From Eledone cirrhosa (Eukaryota), in the NCBI GenBank assembly GCA_964016885.1, contig OZ024740.1, positions 423,150,001-423,214,000 of the forward strand: a DNA stretch of 64,000 bases, written 5' to 3'. Shown one piece after another: positions 34,201 to 52,100 of the stretch. The notes beneath the pieces are model-generated. The model did no database searches and was not told the DNA's origin. It saw only the letters and a program-made list of their open reading frames with translations. The position numbers were made by a program, and so were the translations under genes. Each line of letters opens with the position of its first letter. Position 1 is the stretch's first letter.

Positions 34201-37200
34201 GGCATACACTCACATATACATACAGGCAGACACTCACATAAACATACAGGCAGACACTCACACATATATACAGGCAGACATTCACATATACATACAGGCA
34301 GACACACACATATACATAAAAGCAGACACTCACTTATACATACAGGCATACACTCACATATACATACAGGCAGACACACACCCATATACATATACAGGCA
34401 GACACTCACATATACATACAAGCAGACACTCACATATACATACAGGCAGACACACCCATATACATACAGGCATACACTCACATATACATACAGGCAGACA
34501 CACACCCATATACATATACAGGCAGACACTCACATATACATACAAGCAGACACTCACATATACATACAGGCAGACACTCACATATACATACAGGCAGACA
34601 CTCACATATACATACAGGCAGACACACACATATACATACAGGCAGACACTCACATATACATACAGGCAGACACTCACATATACATACAGGCAGACACACA
34701 CATATACATACAGGCAGACACTCACATATACATACAGGCAGACACACACATATACATACAGGCAGACACTCACATATACATACAGGCAGACACTCACATA
34801 TACATACAGGCAGACACACACATATACATACAGGCAGACACTCACATATACATACAGGCAGACACACACATATACATACAGGCAGACACTCACATATACA
34901 TACAGGCAGACACACACATATACATACAGGCAGACACTCACACATATACATACATGCAGACACACACACATATATACAGGCATACACTCACATATACATA
35001 CAGGCAGACACTCACATATACATACAGGCAGACACACACATATACATACAGGCAGACACTCACATATACATACAGGCATACACTCACATATAGATACAGG
35101 CAGACACTCACACATATACATACAGGCAGACACTCACACATATACATACAGGCAGACACACACATATACATACAGGCAGACACACACATATACATACAGG
35201 CAGGCACACACATATACATACAGGCAGACACTCACATGTACATACAGGCAGACACTCACATATACATACAGGCATACACACACATATACATACAGGAAGA
35301 CACTCACATATACATATACAGGCAGACACACACATATACATACAGGCAAACACACACATATACATACAGGCATACACACACATATACATACAGGAAGACA
35401 CTCACATATACATATACAGGCAGACACACACATATACATACAGGCAAACACACACATATACATACTGGCAAACACACACATATACATACAGGAAGACACT
35501 CACATATACATACAGGCATACACTCACATATACATACAAGCATACACTCACATATACATACAGGCAGACACACACATATACATACAGGCAGACACACACA
35601 TATACATAAAAGCAGACACTCACTTATACATACAGGCATACACTCACATATACATACAGGCAGACACATACCCATATACATACAGGCATACACTCACATA
35701 TACATATACAGGCATACACTCACATATACATACAGGCAGACACTCACATATACATACAGGCAGACACTCACACATATAAACAGGCAGACATTCACATATA
35801 CATACAGGCAGACACACACATATACATATACAGGCAGACACTCACATATACATACAAGCAGACACTCACATATACATACAGGCAGACACTCACATATACA
35901 TACAGGCAGACACTCACATATACATACAGGCATACACTCACATATACATACAGGCAGACACTCACACATATACATACAGGCAGAAACTCACACATATACA
36001 TACAGGCAGACACACACATATACATACAGGCAGACACACACATATACATACAGGCAGACACTCACACATATACATACAGGCAGACACTCACATATACATA
36101 CAGGCATACACTCACATATACATACAGGCATACAGTGACATATACATACAGGCAGACACTCACATATACATACAGGCATACACTCACATATACATACAGG
36201 CATACACACACATATACATATACAGGCAGACACTCACATATACATACAGGCATACACACACATATACATACAGGCATACACACACATATACATACAGGAA
36301 GACACTCACATATACATATAGAGGCAGACACACACATATACATACAGGCAGACACACACATAAACATACAGGAAGACACACACATATACATATACAGGCA
36401 GACACACACATATACATACAGGCAAACACACACATATACATACAGGAAGACACTCACATATACATACAGGCATACACTCACATATACATACAAGCATACA
36501 CTCACATATACATACAGGCAGACACACACATACATATACAGGCAGACACACACATATACATACAGGCATACACTCACATATACATACAGGCAGACACACA
36601 CATATACATACAGGCATACACTCACATATACATACAGGCAGACACACACATATACATACAGGCATACACACACATATACATACAGGCAGACACACACATA
36701 TACATACAGACAGACACACACATATACATACAGGCAGACACTCACATATACATACAGGCAGACACACACATATACATACAGGCATACACACACATATACA
36801 TACAGGCAGACACACACATATACATACAGGTAGACACACACATATACATACAGGCAGACACTCACATATACATACAGGCAGACACTCACATATACATACA
36901 GGCAGACACACACACATATACATACAGGCATACACTCACATATACATACAGGCAGACACTCACATATGCATACAGGCAGACATACACATATACATACAGG
37001 CAGACACACACATATACATACAGACACACACACACATATACATACAGGCATACACTCACATATACATACAGGCAGACACTCACATATGCATACAGGAAGA
37101 CACTCACACATATGCATACAGGCAGACACTCACATATACATACAGGCAGACACACACATATACATACAGCCAGACACACACATATACATACAGGCATACA

Positions 37201-40200
37201 CTCACATATACATACAGGCATACACACACATATACATACAGGCAGACACTCACATATACATACAGGCAGACACTCACATATACACACAGACAGACACACA
37301 CATATACAACAGGAAGACACTCACATATACATACAGGCAGACACACACATATACATACAGGCAGACACTCACATATACATACAGGCAGACACACACATAT
37401 ACATACGGGCAGACACACACATATACATACAGGCAGACACACACATATACATACAGACACACACACACATATACATACAGGCATACACTCACATATACAT
37501 ACAGGGTGACACTCACATATGCATACAGGCAGACACTCACATATACATACAGGCAGACACACACATATATATACAGGCAGACACTCACATACATATACAG
37601 ACAGACACTCACATATACATACAGGCATACACTCACATATACATACAGGCAGACACTCACATATACATACAGGCATACACACACATATACATACAGGCAT
37701 ACACTCACATATACATACAGGCAGACACACACATATACATACAGGCAGACACTCACATGTACATACATGCAGACACACACATATACATACAGGCAGACAC
37801 ACATATATACATACAGGCAGACACACACATATATATAGAGGCAGACACTCACACATATACATACAGGCAGACACACACATATACATACAGGCAGACACAC
37901 ACATATACATACAGGCAGACACACACACGTACATACAGGCAGACACACACATATACATACAGGCAGACACACACATATACATACAGGCAGACACACACAT
38001 ATACATACAGGCAGACACACACATATATATACAGGCAGACACACACATATACATACAGGCAGACACACACATATACATACAGCCAGACACACACATATAC
38101 ATACAGGCAGACACACACATATACATACAGACAGACACACACATATACATACAGGCAGACACACACATATACATACAGGCAGACACACACATATACATAC
38201 AGACAGATACACACATATACATACAGGCAGACACACACATATACATACAGACAGATACACACATATACATACAGGCAGACACTCACACATATACATACAG
38301 GCAGACACTCACATATACATACAGGCAGACACTCACATATACATACAGGCATACACTCACATATACATACAGGCAGACACTCACATATACACACAGGCAG
38401 ACACTCACATATACATACAGGCATACGCACACATATATATACAGGCAGACACACACATATACATACAGGAAGACACTCACATACATATACAGGCAGACAC
38501 TCACATATACATACAGGCAGACACACACATATACATACAGGCAGACACACACATATACATACAGGCATACACTCACATATACATACAGGCAGACACTCAC
38601 ATATACATACAGGCATACACTCACATATACATACAGGAAGACACTCACATACATATACAGGCAGACACTCACATATACATACAGGCAGACACTCACGTAT
38701 ACATACAGGCAGACACACACATATACATACAGGCAGACACACACATATACATACAGGCATACACTCACATATACATACAGGCAGACACACACATATACAT
38801 ACAGGCATACACTCACATATACATACAGGAAGACACTCACATACATATACAGGCAGACACTCACATATACATACAGGCAGACACTCACATATACATACAG
38901 GCAGACACTCACATATACATACAGGCATACACACACATATATACACAGGCAGACACACACATATACATACAGGCAGACACACACATATACATACAGGCAT
39001 ACACTCACATATACATACAGGCAGAAACTCACATATACACACAGACAGACACACACATATACAACAGGAAGACACTCACATATACATACAGGCAGACACA
39101 CATATATACATACAGGCAGACACTCACATATACATACAGGCAGACACACACATATACATATACAGACAGACACACACATATACATACAGGCAGACACTCA
39201 CATATACATACAGGCAGACACACACATATACATATACAGACAGACACAAACATATACATACAGGCACACACTCACATATACATACAGGCAGACACACATA
39301 TATACATACAGGCAGACATACACACATATACATACAGGCAGACACTCACATATACATATACAGGCAGACACTCACATATACATACAGACACACACACACA
39401 TATACATACAGGCATACACTCACATATACATACAGGGTGACACTCACATATACATACAGGCAGACACTCACATATACATATACAGGCAGACACTCACATA
39501 TACATACAGACACACACACACATATACATACAGGCATACACTCACATATACATACAGGCAGACACACACATATACATACAGGCAGACACTCACATATACA
39601 TACAGGCAGACACACACATATACATATACAGGCATACACTCACATATACATACAGGCAGACACTCACATATACATACAGGCACACACACACATATACATA
39701 CAGGCAGACACACACATATACATACAGGCAGACACTGACACATATACATACAGGCACACACACACATATACATACAGGCAGACACACACATATACATACA
39801 GGCAGACACTGACACATATACATACAGGCAGACACACACATATACATACGGGCAGACACACACATATACATACAGGCAGACACTGACACATATACACACA
39901 GACAGACACACACATATACATACAGGCAGACACTCACATATACATACAGGCAGACACTCACATATACACACAGACAGACACACACATATACATACAGGCA
40001 GACACTCACATATACATACAGGCAGACACTCACATATACACACAGACAGACACTCACATATACATACAGGCAGACACTCACATATACATACAGGCAGACA
40101 CTCACATATACATACAGGTAGACACACACATATACATACAGGCAGACACTCACATATACATACAGGCAGACACTCACATATACATACAGGCAGACACTCA

Positions 40201-42284
40201 CATATACATACAGGCAGACACACACATATACATACAGGCAGACACACACATATACATACAGGCAGACACTGACACATATACATACAGGCATACACTCACA
40301 TATACATACAGGCAGACACTCACATATACATACAGGCAGACACTCACATATACATACAGGTAGACACACACATATACATACAGGCAGACACTCACATATA
40401 CATACAGGCAGACACTCACATATACATACAGGCAGACACATACATATACATACGGGCAGACACACACATATACATACAGGCAGACACACACATATACATA
40501 CAGACACACACACACATATACATACAGGCATACACTCACATATACATACAGGCAGACACTCACATATGCATACAGGCAGACACTCACATATACATACAGG
40601 CAGACACTCACGTATGCATACAGGCAGACACTCACATATACATACAGGCAGACACACACATATACATACAGGCAGACACTCACGTATGCATACAGGCAGA
40701 CACTCACATATACATACAGGCAGACACACACATATACATACAGGCATACACTCACATATACATACAGGCAGACACTCACATGTACATACAGGCATACACT
40801 CACATATACATACAGGCAGACACTCACATATACATACAGGCATACACACACATATACATACAGGCATACACTCACATATACATACAGGCAGACACTCACA
40901 TGTACATACAGGCATACACTCACATATACATACAGGCAGACACTCACATATACATACAGGCATACACACACATATACATTCAGGCATACACTCACATATA
41001 CATACAGGCAGACACACACATATACATACAGGCAGACACTCACATGTACATACAGGCAGACACACACATATACATACAGGCAGACACACAATTATACATA
41101 CAGGCAGACACACACATATATATACAGGCAGACACTCACACATATACATACAGGCAGACACACACATATACATACAGGCAGACACACACATATACATACA
41201 GGCAGACACACACACGTACATACAGGCAGACACACACACGTACATACAGGCAGAGACACACATATACATACAGGCAGACACACACATATACATACAGGCA
41301 AACACACACATATATATACAGGCAGACACTCACACATATACATACAGGCAGACACTCACATATACATACAGGCAGACACACACATATGCATACAGACACA
41401 CACACACATATACATACAGGCATACACTCACATATACATACAGGCAGACACTCACATATGCATACAGGCAGACACTCACACATATACATACAGGCAGACA
41501 CTCACATATACATACAGGCAGACACACACATATACATACAGGCATACACACACATATACATACAGGCAGACACACACATATACATACAGGCATACACTCA
41601 CATATACATACAGGCAGACACTCACACATATACATACAGGCAGACACACACATATACATACAGGCAGACACACACATAAACATACAGGCAGACACACACA
41701 TATACATACAGGCATACACTCACATATACATACAGGCAGACACTCACATATACACACAGACAGACACACACATATACAACAGGAAGACACTCACATATAC
41801 ATACAGGCAGACACACACATATACATATACAGAGAGACACACACATATACATACAGGCAGACACTCACATATACATACAGGCAGACACACACATATACAT
41901 ATACAGAGAGACACACACATATACATACAGGCAGACACTCACATATACATACAGGCAGACACTCACATATACATACAGGCAGACACTCACATATACATAC
42001 AGGCAGACACACACATATACATACAGGCAGACACACACATATACATACAGGCAGACACTCACACATATACATACAGGCAGACACACACACATACATACAG
42101 GTAGACACTCACATATACATACAGGCAGACACTCACATATACATACAGGCAGACACTCACATATACATACAGGCAGACACACACATATACATACGGGCAG
42201 ACACACACATATACATACAGGCAGACACACACATATACATACAGACACACACATATACATACAGGCATACACTCACATATACAT

Positions 42285-42775
42285 ACAGGGTGACACTCAC
42301 ATATGCATACAGGCAGACACTCACACATATACATACAGGCAGACACACACATATACATACAGGCAGACACTCACATATACATACAGGGTGACACTCACAT
42401 ATGCATACAGGCTGACACTCACACATATACATACAGGCAGACACACACATATACATACAGGCAGACACTCACATATACATACAGGGTGACACTCACATAT
42501 GCATACAGGCAGACACTCACACATATACATACAGGCAGACACACACATATACATACAGGCATACACTCACATATACATACAGGGTGACACTCACATATGC
42601 ATACAGGCAGACACTCACACATATACATACAGGCAGACACACACATATACATACAGGCATACACTCACATATACATACAGGGTGACACTCACATATGCAT
42701 ACAGGCTGACACTCACACATATACATACAGGCAGACACACACATATACATACAGGCAGACACTCACATATACATA
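42285..42775. repeat. 98-bp four-unit higher-order repeat, 5 copies
   Basis: The variant GGGTGAC starts at 42288, 42386, 42484, 42582 and 42680 (24+24+24+26 bp). Confidence 0.92.
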
Positions 42776-45700
42776 CAGGCAGACACACACATATACATAC
42801 AGGCAGACACTCACATGTACATACAGGCATACACTCACATATACATACAGGCAGACACTCACATATACATACAGGCATACACACACATATACATACAGGC
42901 AGACACACACACATATACATACAGGCAGACACTCACATGTACATACAGGCAGACACACACATATACATACAGGCAGACACACACATATACATACAGGCAG
43001 ACACACATATATACATACAGGCAGACACACACATATATATACAGGCAGACACTCACACATATACATACAGGCAGACACACACATATACATACAGGCAGAC
43101 ACACACATATACATACAGGCAGACACACACATATACATACAGGCAGACACACACACGTACATACAGGCAGACACACACATATACATACAGGCAGACACAC
43201 ACATATACATACAGGCAGACACACACATATATATACAGGCAGACACACACATATACATACAGGCAGACACTCACATGTACATACAGGTAGACACACACAT
43301 ATACATACAGGCAGACACACATATATACATACAGGCAGACACTCACATATACATACAGGCAGACACACACATATACATATACAGACAGACACACACATAT
43401 ACATACAGGCAGACACTCACATATACATACAGGCAGACACACACATATACATATACAGACAGACACAAACATATACATACAGGTACACACTCACATATAC
43501 ATACAGGCAGACACACATATATACATACAGGCAGACATACACATATACATACAGGCAGACACTCACATATACATACAGGCAGACACTCACATATACATAC
43601 AGGCAGACACTCACATATACATACAGGCAGACACACACATATACATATACAGGCATACACTCACATATACATACAGGCAGACACTCACATATACATACAG
43701 GCACACACACACATATACATACAGGCAGACACACACATATACATACAGGCAGACACTCACATATACATACAGGCACACACACACATATACATACAGGCAG
43801 ACACACACATATACATACAGGCAGACACTGACACATATACATACAGGCATACACTCACATATACATACAGGCAGACACACACATATACATACAGGCAGAC
43901 ACACACATATACATACGGGCAGACACACACATATACATACAGGCAGACACTGACACATATACACACAGACAGACACACACATATACATACAGGCAGACAC
44001 TCACATATACATACAGGCAGACACACACATATACATACAGGCAGACACACACATATACATACAGGCAGACACTGACACATATACATACAGGCATACACTC
44101 ACATATACATACAGGCATACACTCACATATACATACAGGCAGACACTCACATATGCATACAGGCAGACACTCACATATACATACAGGCAGACACACACAT
44201 ATACATACAGGCAGACACTCACACATATGCATACAGGCTGACACTCACACATATACATACAGGCAGACACACACATATACATACAGGCAGACACTCACAT
44301 ATACATACAGGCAGACACACACATATACATACAGGCAGACACTCACATGTACATACAGGCATACACTCACATATACATACAGGCAGACACTCACATATAC
44401 ATACAGGCATACACACACATATACATACAGGCAGACACACACACATATACATACAGGCAGACACTCACATGTACATACAGGCAGACACACACATATACAT
44501 ACAGGCAGACACACACATATACATACAGGCAGACACACACATATACATACAGGCAGACACACACATATATATACAGGCAGACACACACATATATACATAC
44601 AGGCAGACACACACATATATATACAGGCAGACACTCACACATATACATACAGGCAGACACACACATATACATACAGGCAGACACACACATATACATACAG
44701 GCAGACACACACATATACATACAGGCAGACACACACACGTACATACAGGCAGACACACACATATACATACAGGCAGACACACACATATACATACAGGCAG
44801 ACACACACATATATATACAGGCAGACACACACATATACATACAGGCAGACACACACATATACATACAGGCAGACACACACATATACATACAGGCAGACAC
44901 TCACATGTACATACAGGTAGACACACACATATACATACAGGCAGACACACATATATACATACAGGCAGACACTCACATATACATACAGGCAGACACACAC
45001 ATATACATATACAGACAGACACACACATATACATACAGGCAGACACTCACATATACATACAGGCAGACACACACATATACATATACAGACAGACACAAAC
45101 ATATACATACAGGTACACACTCACATATACATACAGGCAGACACACATATATACATACAGGCAGACATACACATATACATACAGGCAGACACTCACATAT
45201 ACATACAGGCAGACACTCACATATACATACAGGCAGACACTCACATATACATACAGGCAGACACACACATATACATATACAGGCATACACTCACATATAC
45301 ATACAGGCAGACACTCACATATACATACAGGCACACACACACATATACATACAGGCAGACACACACATATACATACAGGCAGACACTCACATATACATAC
45401 AGGCACACACACACATATACATACAGGCAGACACACACATATACATACAGGCAGACACTGACACATATACATACAGGCATACACTCACATATACATACAG
45501 GCAGACACACACATATACATACAGGCAGACACACACATATACATACGGGCAGACACACACATATACATACAGGCAGACACTGACACATATACACACAGAC
45601 AGACACACACATATACATACAGGCAGACACTCACATATACATACAGGCAGACACACACATATACATACAGGCAGACACACACATATACATACAGGCAGAC

Positions 45701-48700
45701 ACTGACACATATACATACAGGCATACACTCACATATACATACAGGCATACACTCACATATACATACAGGCAGACACTCACATATGCATACAGGCAGACAC
45801 TCACATATACATACAGGCAGACACACACATATACATACAGGCAGACACACACATATACCTACAGGCAGACACTCATACATATACATACAGGCAGACACAC
45901 ACACATACATACAGGCAGACACTCACATATACATACAGGCATACACTCACATATACATACAGGCAGACACTCACATATGCATACAGGCAGACACTCACAT
46001 ATACATACAGGCAGACACTCACATATACATACAGGTAGACACACACATATACATACAGGCAGACACTCACATATACATACAGGCAGACACTCACATATAC
46101 ATACAGGCAGACACATACATATACATACGGGCAGACACACACATATACATACAGGCAGACACACACATATACATACAGACACACACACACATATACATAC
46201 AGGCATACACTCACATATACATACAGGCAGACACTCACATATGCATACAGGCAGACACTCACACATATGCATACAGGCAGACACTCACATATACATACAG
46301 GCAGACACACACATATACATACAGGCAGACACACACATATACATACAGGCAGACACTCACACATATGCATACAGGCAGACACTCACACATATACATACAG
46401 GCAGACACACACATATACATACAGGCAGACACTCACATATACATACAGGCAGACACACACATATACATATACAGACAGACACACACATATACATACAGGC
46501 AGACACTCACATATACATACAGGCAGACACACACATATACATATACAGACAGACACAAACATATACATACAGGCACACACTCACATATACATACAGGCAG
46601 ACACACACATATACATACGGGCAGACACACACATATACATACAGGCAGACACACACATATACATACAGACACACACATATACATACAGGCATACACTCAC
46701 ATATACATACAGGGTGACACTCACATATGCATACAGGCAGACACTCACACATATGCATACAGGCTGACACTCACACATATACATACAGGCAGACACACAC
46801 ATATACATACAGGCAGACACTCACATATACATACAGGCAGACACACACATATACATACAGGCAGACACTCACATGTACATACAGGCATACACTCACATAT
46901 ACATACAGGCAGACACTCACATATACATACAGGCATACACACACATATACATACAGGCAGACACACACACATATACATACAGGCAGACACTCACATGTAC
47001 ATACAGGCAGACACACACATATACATACAGGCAGACACACACATATACATACAGGCAGACACACATATATACATACAGGCAGACACACACATATATATAC
47101 AGGCAGACACTCACACATATACATACAGGCAGACACACACATATACATACAGGCAGACACACACATATACATACAGGCAGACACACACATATACATACAG
47201 GCAGACACACACACGTACATACAGGCAGACACACACATATACATACAGGCAGACACACACATATACATACAGGCAGACACACACATATATATACAGGCAG
47301 ACACACACATATACATACAGGCAGACACACACATATACATACAGGCAGACACACACATATACATACAGGCAGACACTCACATGTACATACAGGTAGACAC
47401 ACACATATACATACAGGCAGACACACATATATACATACAGGCAGACACTCACATATACATACAGGCAGACACACATATACATATACAGACAGACACACAC
47501 ATATACATACAGGCAGACACTCACATATACATACAGGCAGACACACACATATACATATACAGACAGACACAAACATATACATACAGGTACACACTCACAT
47601 ATACATACAGGCAGACACACATATATACATACAGGCAGACATACACATATACATACAGGCAGACACTCACATATACATACAGGCAGACACTCACATATAC
47701 ATACAGGCAGACACTCACATATACATACAGGCAGACACACACATATACATATACAGGCATACACTCACATATACATACAGGCAGACACTCACATATACAT
47801 ACAGGCACACACACACATATACATACAGGCAGACACACACATATACATACAGGCAGACACTCACATATACATACAGGCACACACACACATATACATACAG
47901 GCAGACACACACATATACATACAGGCAGACACTGACACATATACATACAGGCATACACTCACATATACATACAGGCAGACACACACATATACATACAGGC
48001 AGACACACACATATACATACGGGCAGACACACACATATACATACAGGCAGACACTGACACATATACACACAGACAGACACACACATATACATACAGGCAG
48101 ACACTCACATATACATACAGGCAGACACACACATATACATACAGGCAGACACACACATATACATACAGGCAGACACTGACACATATACATACAGGCATAC
48201 ACTCACATATACATACAGGCATACACTCACATATACATACAGGCAGACACTCACATATGCATACAGGCAGACACTCACATATACATACAGGCAGACACAC
48301 ACATATACATACAGGCAGACACACACATATACCTACAGGCAGACACTCATACATATACATACAGGCAGACACACACACATACATACAGGCATACACTCAC
48401 ATATACATACAGGCATACACTCACATATACATACAGGCAGACACTCACATATGCATACAGGCAGACACTCACATATACATACAGGCAGACACTCACATAT
48501 ACATACAGGTAGACACACACATATACATACAGGCAGACACTCACATATACATACAGGCAGACACTCACATATACATACAGGCAGACACATACATATACAT
48601 ACGGGCAGACACACACATATACATACAGGCAGACACACACATATACATACAGACACACACACACATATACATACAGGCATACACTCACATATACATACAG

Positions 48701-49100
48701 GCAGACACTCACATATGCATACAGGCAGACACTCACACATATGCATACAGGCAGACACTCACATATACATACAGGCAGACACTCACGTATGCATACAGGC
48801 AGACACTCACATATACATACAGGCAGACACACACATATACATACAGGCAGACACTCACACATATGCATACAGGCAGACACTCACACATATACATACAGGC
48901 AGACACACACATATACATACAGGCAGACACTCACATATACATACAGGCAGACACACACATATACATATACAGACAGACACACACATATACATACAGGCAG
49001 ACACTCACATATACATACAGGCAGACACACACATATACATATACAGACAGACACAAACATATACATACAGGCACACACTCACATATACATACAGGCAGAC
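42700..49100. repeat. Three tandem relatives (about 1.6, 2.5 and 2.5 kb) of the block at about 21540-22838
   Basis: Offsets of 1630 (43343/44973, 44153/45783) and 2474-2526 (45047/47521, 45783/48257, 44219/46745). Marker variants are GGCTGAC, CAAACAT..GGTACAC and ATACCTAC. Boundaries are approximate. Confidence 0.82.
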
Positions 49101-52100
49101 ACACATATATACATACAGGCAGACATACACATGTATATATAGGCAGACACTCACATACATATACAGGCATACACTCACATATACATACAGGCAGACACTC
49201 ACATATACATACAGGCAGACACACACATATACATATACAGGCATACACTCACATATACATACAGGCAGACACTCACATATACATACAGGCACACACACAC
49301 ATATACATACAGGCAGACACACACATATACATACAGGCAGACACTGACACATATACATACAGGCACACACACACATATACATACGGGCAGACACACACAT
49401 ATACATACAGGCAGACACTGACACATATACACACAGACAGACACACACATATACATACAGGCAGACACTCACATATACATACAGGCAGACACACACATAT
49501 ACATACAGGCAGACACACACATATACATACAGGCAGACACTGACACATATACATACAGGCATACACTCACATATACATACAGGCAGACACTCACATATAC
49601 ATACAGGCAGACACACACATATACATACAGGCAGACACACACATATACATACAGGCAGACACTCACATGTACATACAGGCATACACTCACATATACATAC
49701 AGGCAGACACTCACATATACATACAGGCATACACACACATATACATACAGGCATACACTCACATATACATACAGGCAGACACACACATATACATACAGGC
49801 AGACACTCACATGTACATACAGGCAGACACTCACATATACATATACAGGCAGACACACACATATACATACAGGCAGACACACACACGTACATACAGGCAG
49901 ACACACACATATACATACAGGCAGACACACACATATACATACAGGCAGACACACACATATATATACAGGCAGACACACACATATACATACAGGCAGACAC
50001 ACACATATACATACAGGCAGACACACACATATACATACAGACACACACACACATATACATACAGGCATACACTCACATATACATACAGGCAGACACTCAC
50101 ATATACATACAGGCAGACACTCACATATACATACAGGCATACACACACATATATATACAGGCAGACACACACATATACATACAGGCAGACACACACATAT
50201 ACATACAGGCAGACACACACATATACATACAGACACACACACACATATACATACAGGCATACACTCACATATACATACAGGGTGACACTCACATATGCAT
50301 ACAGGCAGACACTCACACATGCATACAGGCAGACACTCACATATACATACAGGCAGACACACACATATACATACAGGCAGACACTCACACATATGCATAC
50401 AGGCAGACACTCACACATATACATACAGGCAGACACACACATATACATACAGGCAGACACTCACATATACATACAGGCAGACACACACATATACATACAG
50501 GCAGACACACACATATATATACAGGCAGACACTCACACATATACATACAGGCAGACACACACATATACATACAGGCAGACACACACATAAACATACAGGC
50601 AGACACACACATATACATACAGGCATACACTCACATATACATACAGGCAGACACTCACATATACACACAGACAGACACACACATATACAACAGGAAGACA
50701 CTCACATATACATACAGGCAGACACACACATATACATACAGGCAGACACTCACATATACATACAGGCAGACACACACATATACATATACAGAGAGACACA
50801 CACATATACATACAGGCAGACACTCACATATACATACAGGCAGACACTCACATATACATACAGGCAGACACTCACATATACATACAGGCAGACACACACA
50901 TATACATACAGGTAGACACACACATATACATACAGGCAGACACTCACACATATACATACAGGCAGACACACACACATACATACAGGTAGACACTCACATA
51001 TACATACAGGCAGACACTCACATATACATACAGGCAGACACTCACATATACATACAGGCAGACACTCACATATACATACAGGCAGACACACACATATACA
51101 TACGGGCAGACACACACATATACATACAGGCAGACACACACATATACATACAGACACACACACACATATACATACAGGCATACACTCACATATACATACA
51201 GGGTGACACTCACATATGCATACAGGCAGACACTCACACATATGCATACAGGCAGACACTCACATATACATACAGGCATACACTCACATATACATACAGG
51301 CAGACACACACACATATGCATACAGGCAGACACTCACACATATACATACAGGCAGACACACACATATACATACAGGCAGACACTCACATATACATACAGG
51401 CAGACACACACATATACATACAGGCAGACACACATATATACATACAGGCAGACACACACATATATATATAGGCAGACACTCACATACATATACAGGCATA
51501 CACTCACATATACATACAGGCATACACTCACATATACATACAGGCATACACACACATATACATACAGGCATACACTCACATATACATACAGGCAGACACA
51601 CATATATACATACAGGCAGACACACACATATATATATAGGCAGACACTCACATACATATACAGGCATACACTCACATATACATACAGGCAGACACTCACA
51701 TATACATACAGGCAGACACACACATATACATATACAGGCATACACTCACATATACATACAGGCAGACACTCACATATACACACAGACAGACACACACATA
51801 TATATACAGGCAGACACTCACACATATACATACAGGCAGACACACACATATACATACAGGCAGACACACACATATACATACAGGCAGACACACACACGTA
51901 CATACAGGCAGACACACACATATACATACAGGCAGACACACACATATACATACAGGCAGACACACACATATATATACAGGCAGACACACACATATACATA
52001 CAGGCAGACACACACATATACATACAGCCAGACACACACATATACATACAGGCAGACACACACATATACATACAGACAGACACACACATATACATACAGG

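Larger units (their letters stand above)
26708..43950. repeat. Second copy (B) of the large block 1-22838 (copy A)
   Basis: Collinear rare variants with stepwise offsets of 26707, 26683, 26005 (after the insertion), 26199 and 26247, then 20940-21210 once the A-specific 5.3-kb duplication is skipped. Collinearity ends near A 22838 / B 43950. Confidence 0.88.

Noticed and set aside
32158-36138. Long plus-strand His/Thr/Ile/Tyr-rich ORFs (1326, 1308, 1188 aa and others)
   Set aside because: The 24-bp consensus has no stop codon in any plus frame. The ORFs overlap in all three frames and switch peptide repeat at every 2-nt indel, so there is no frame selection.
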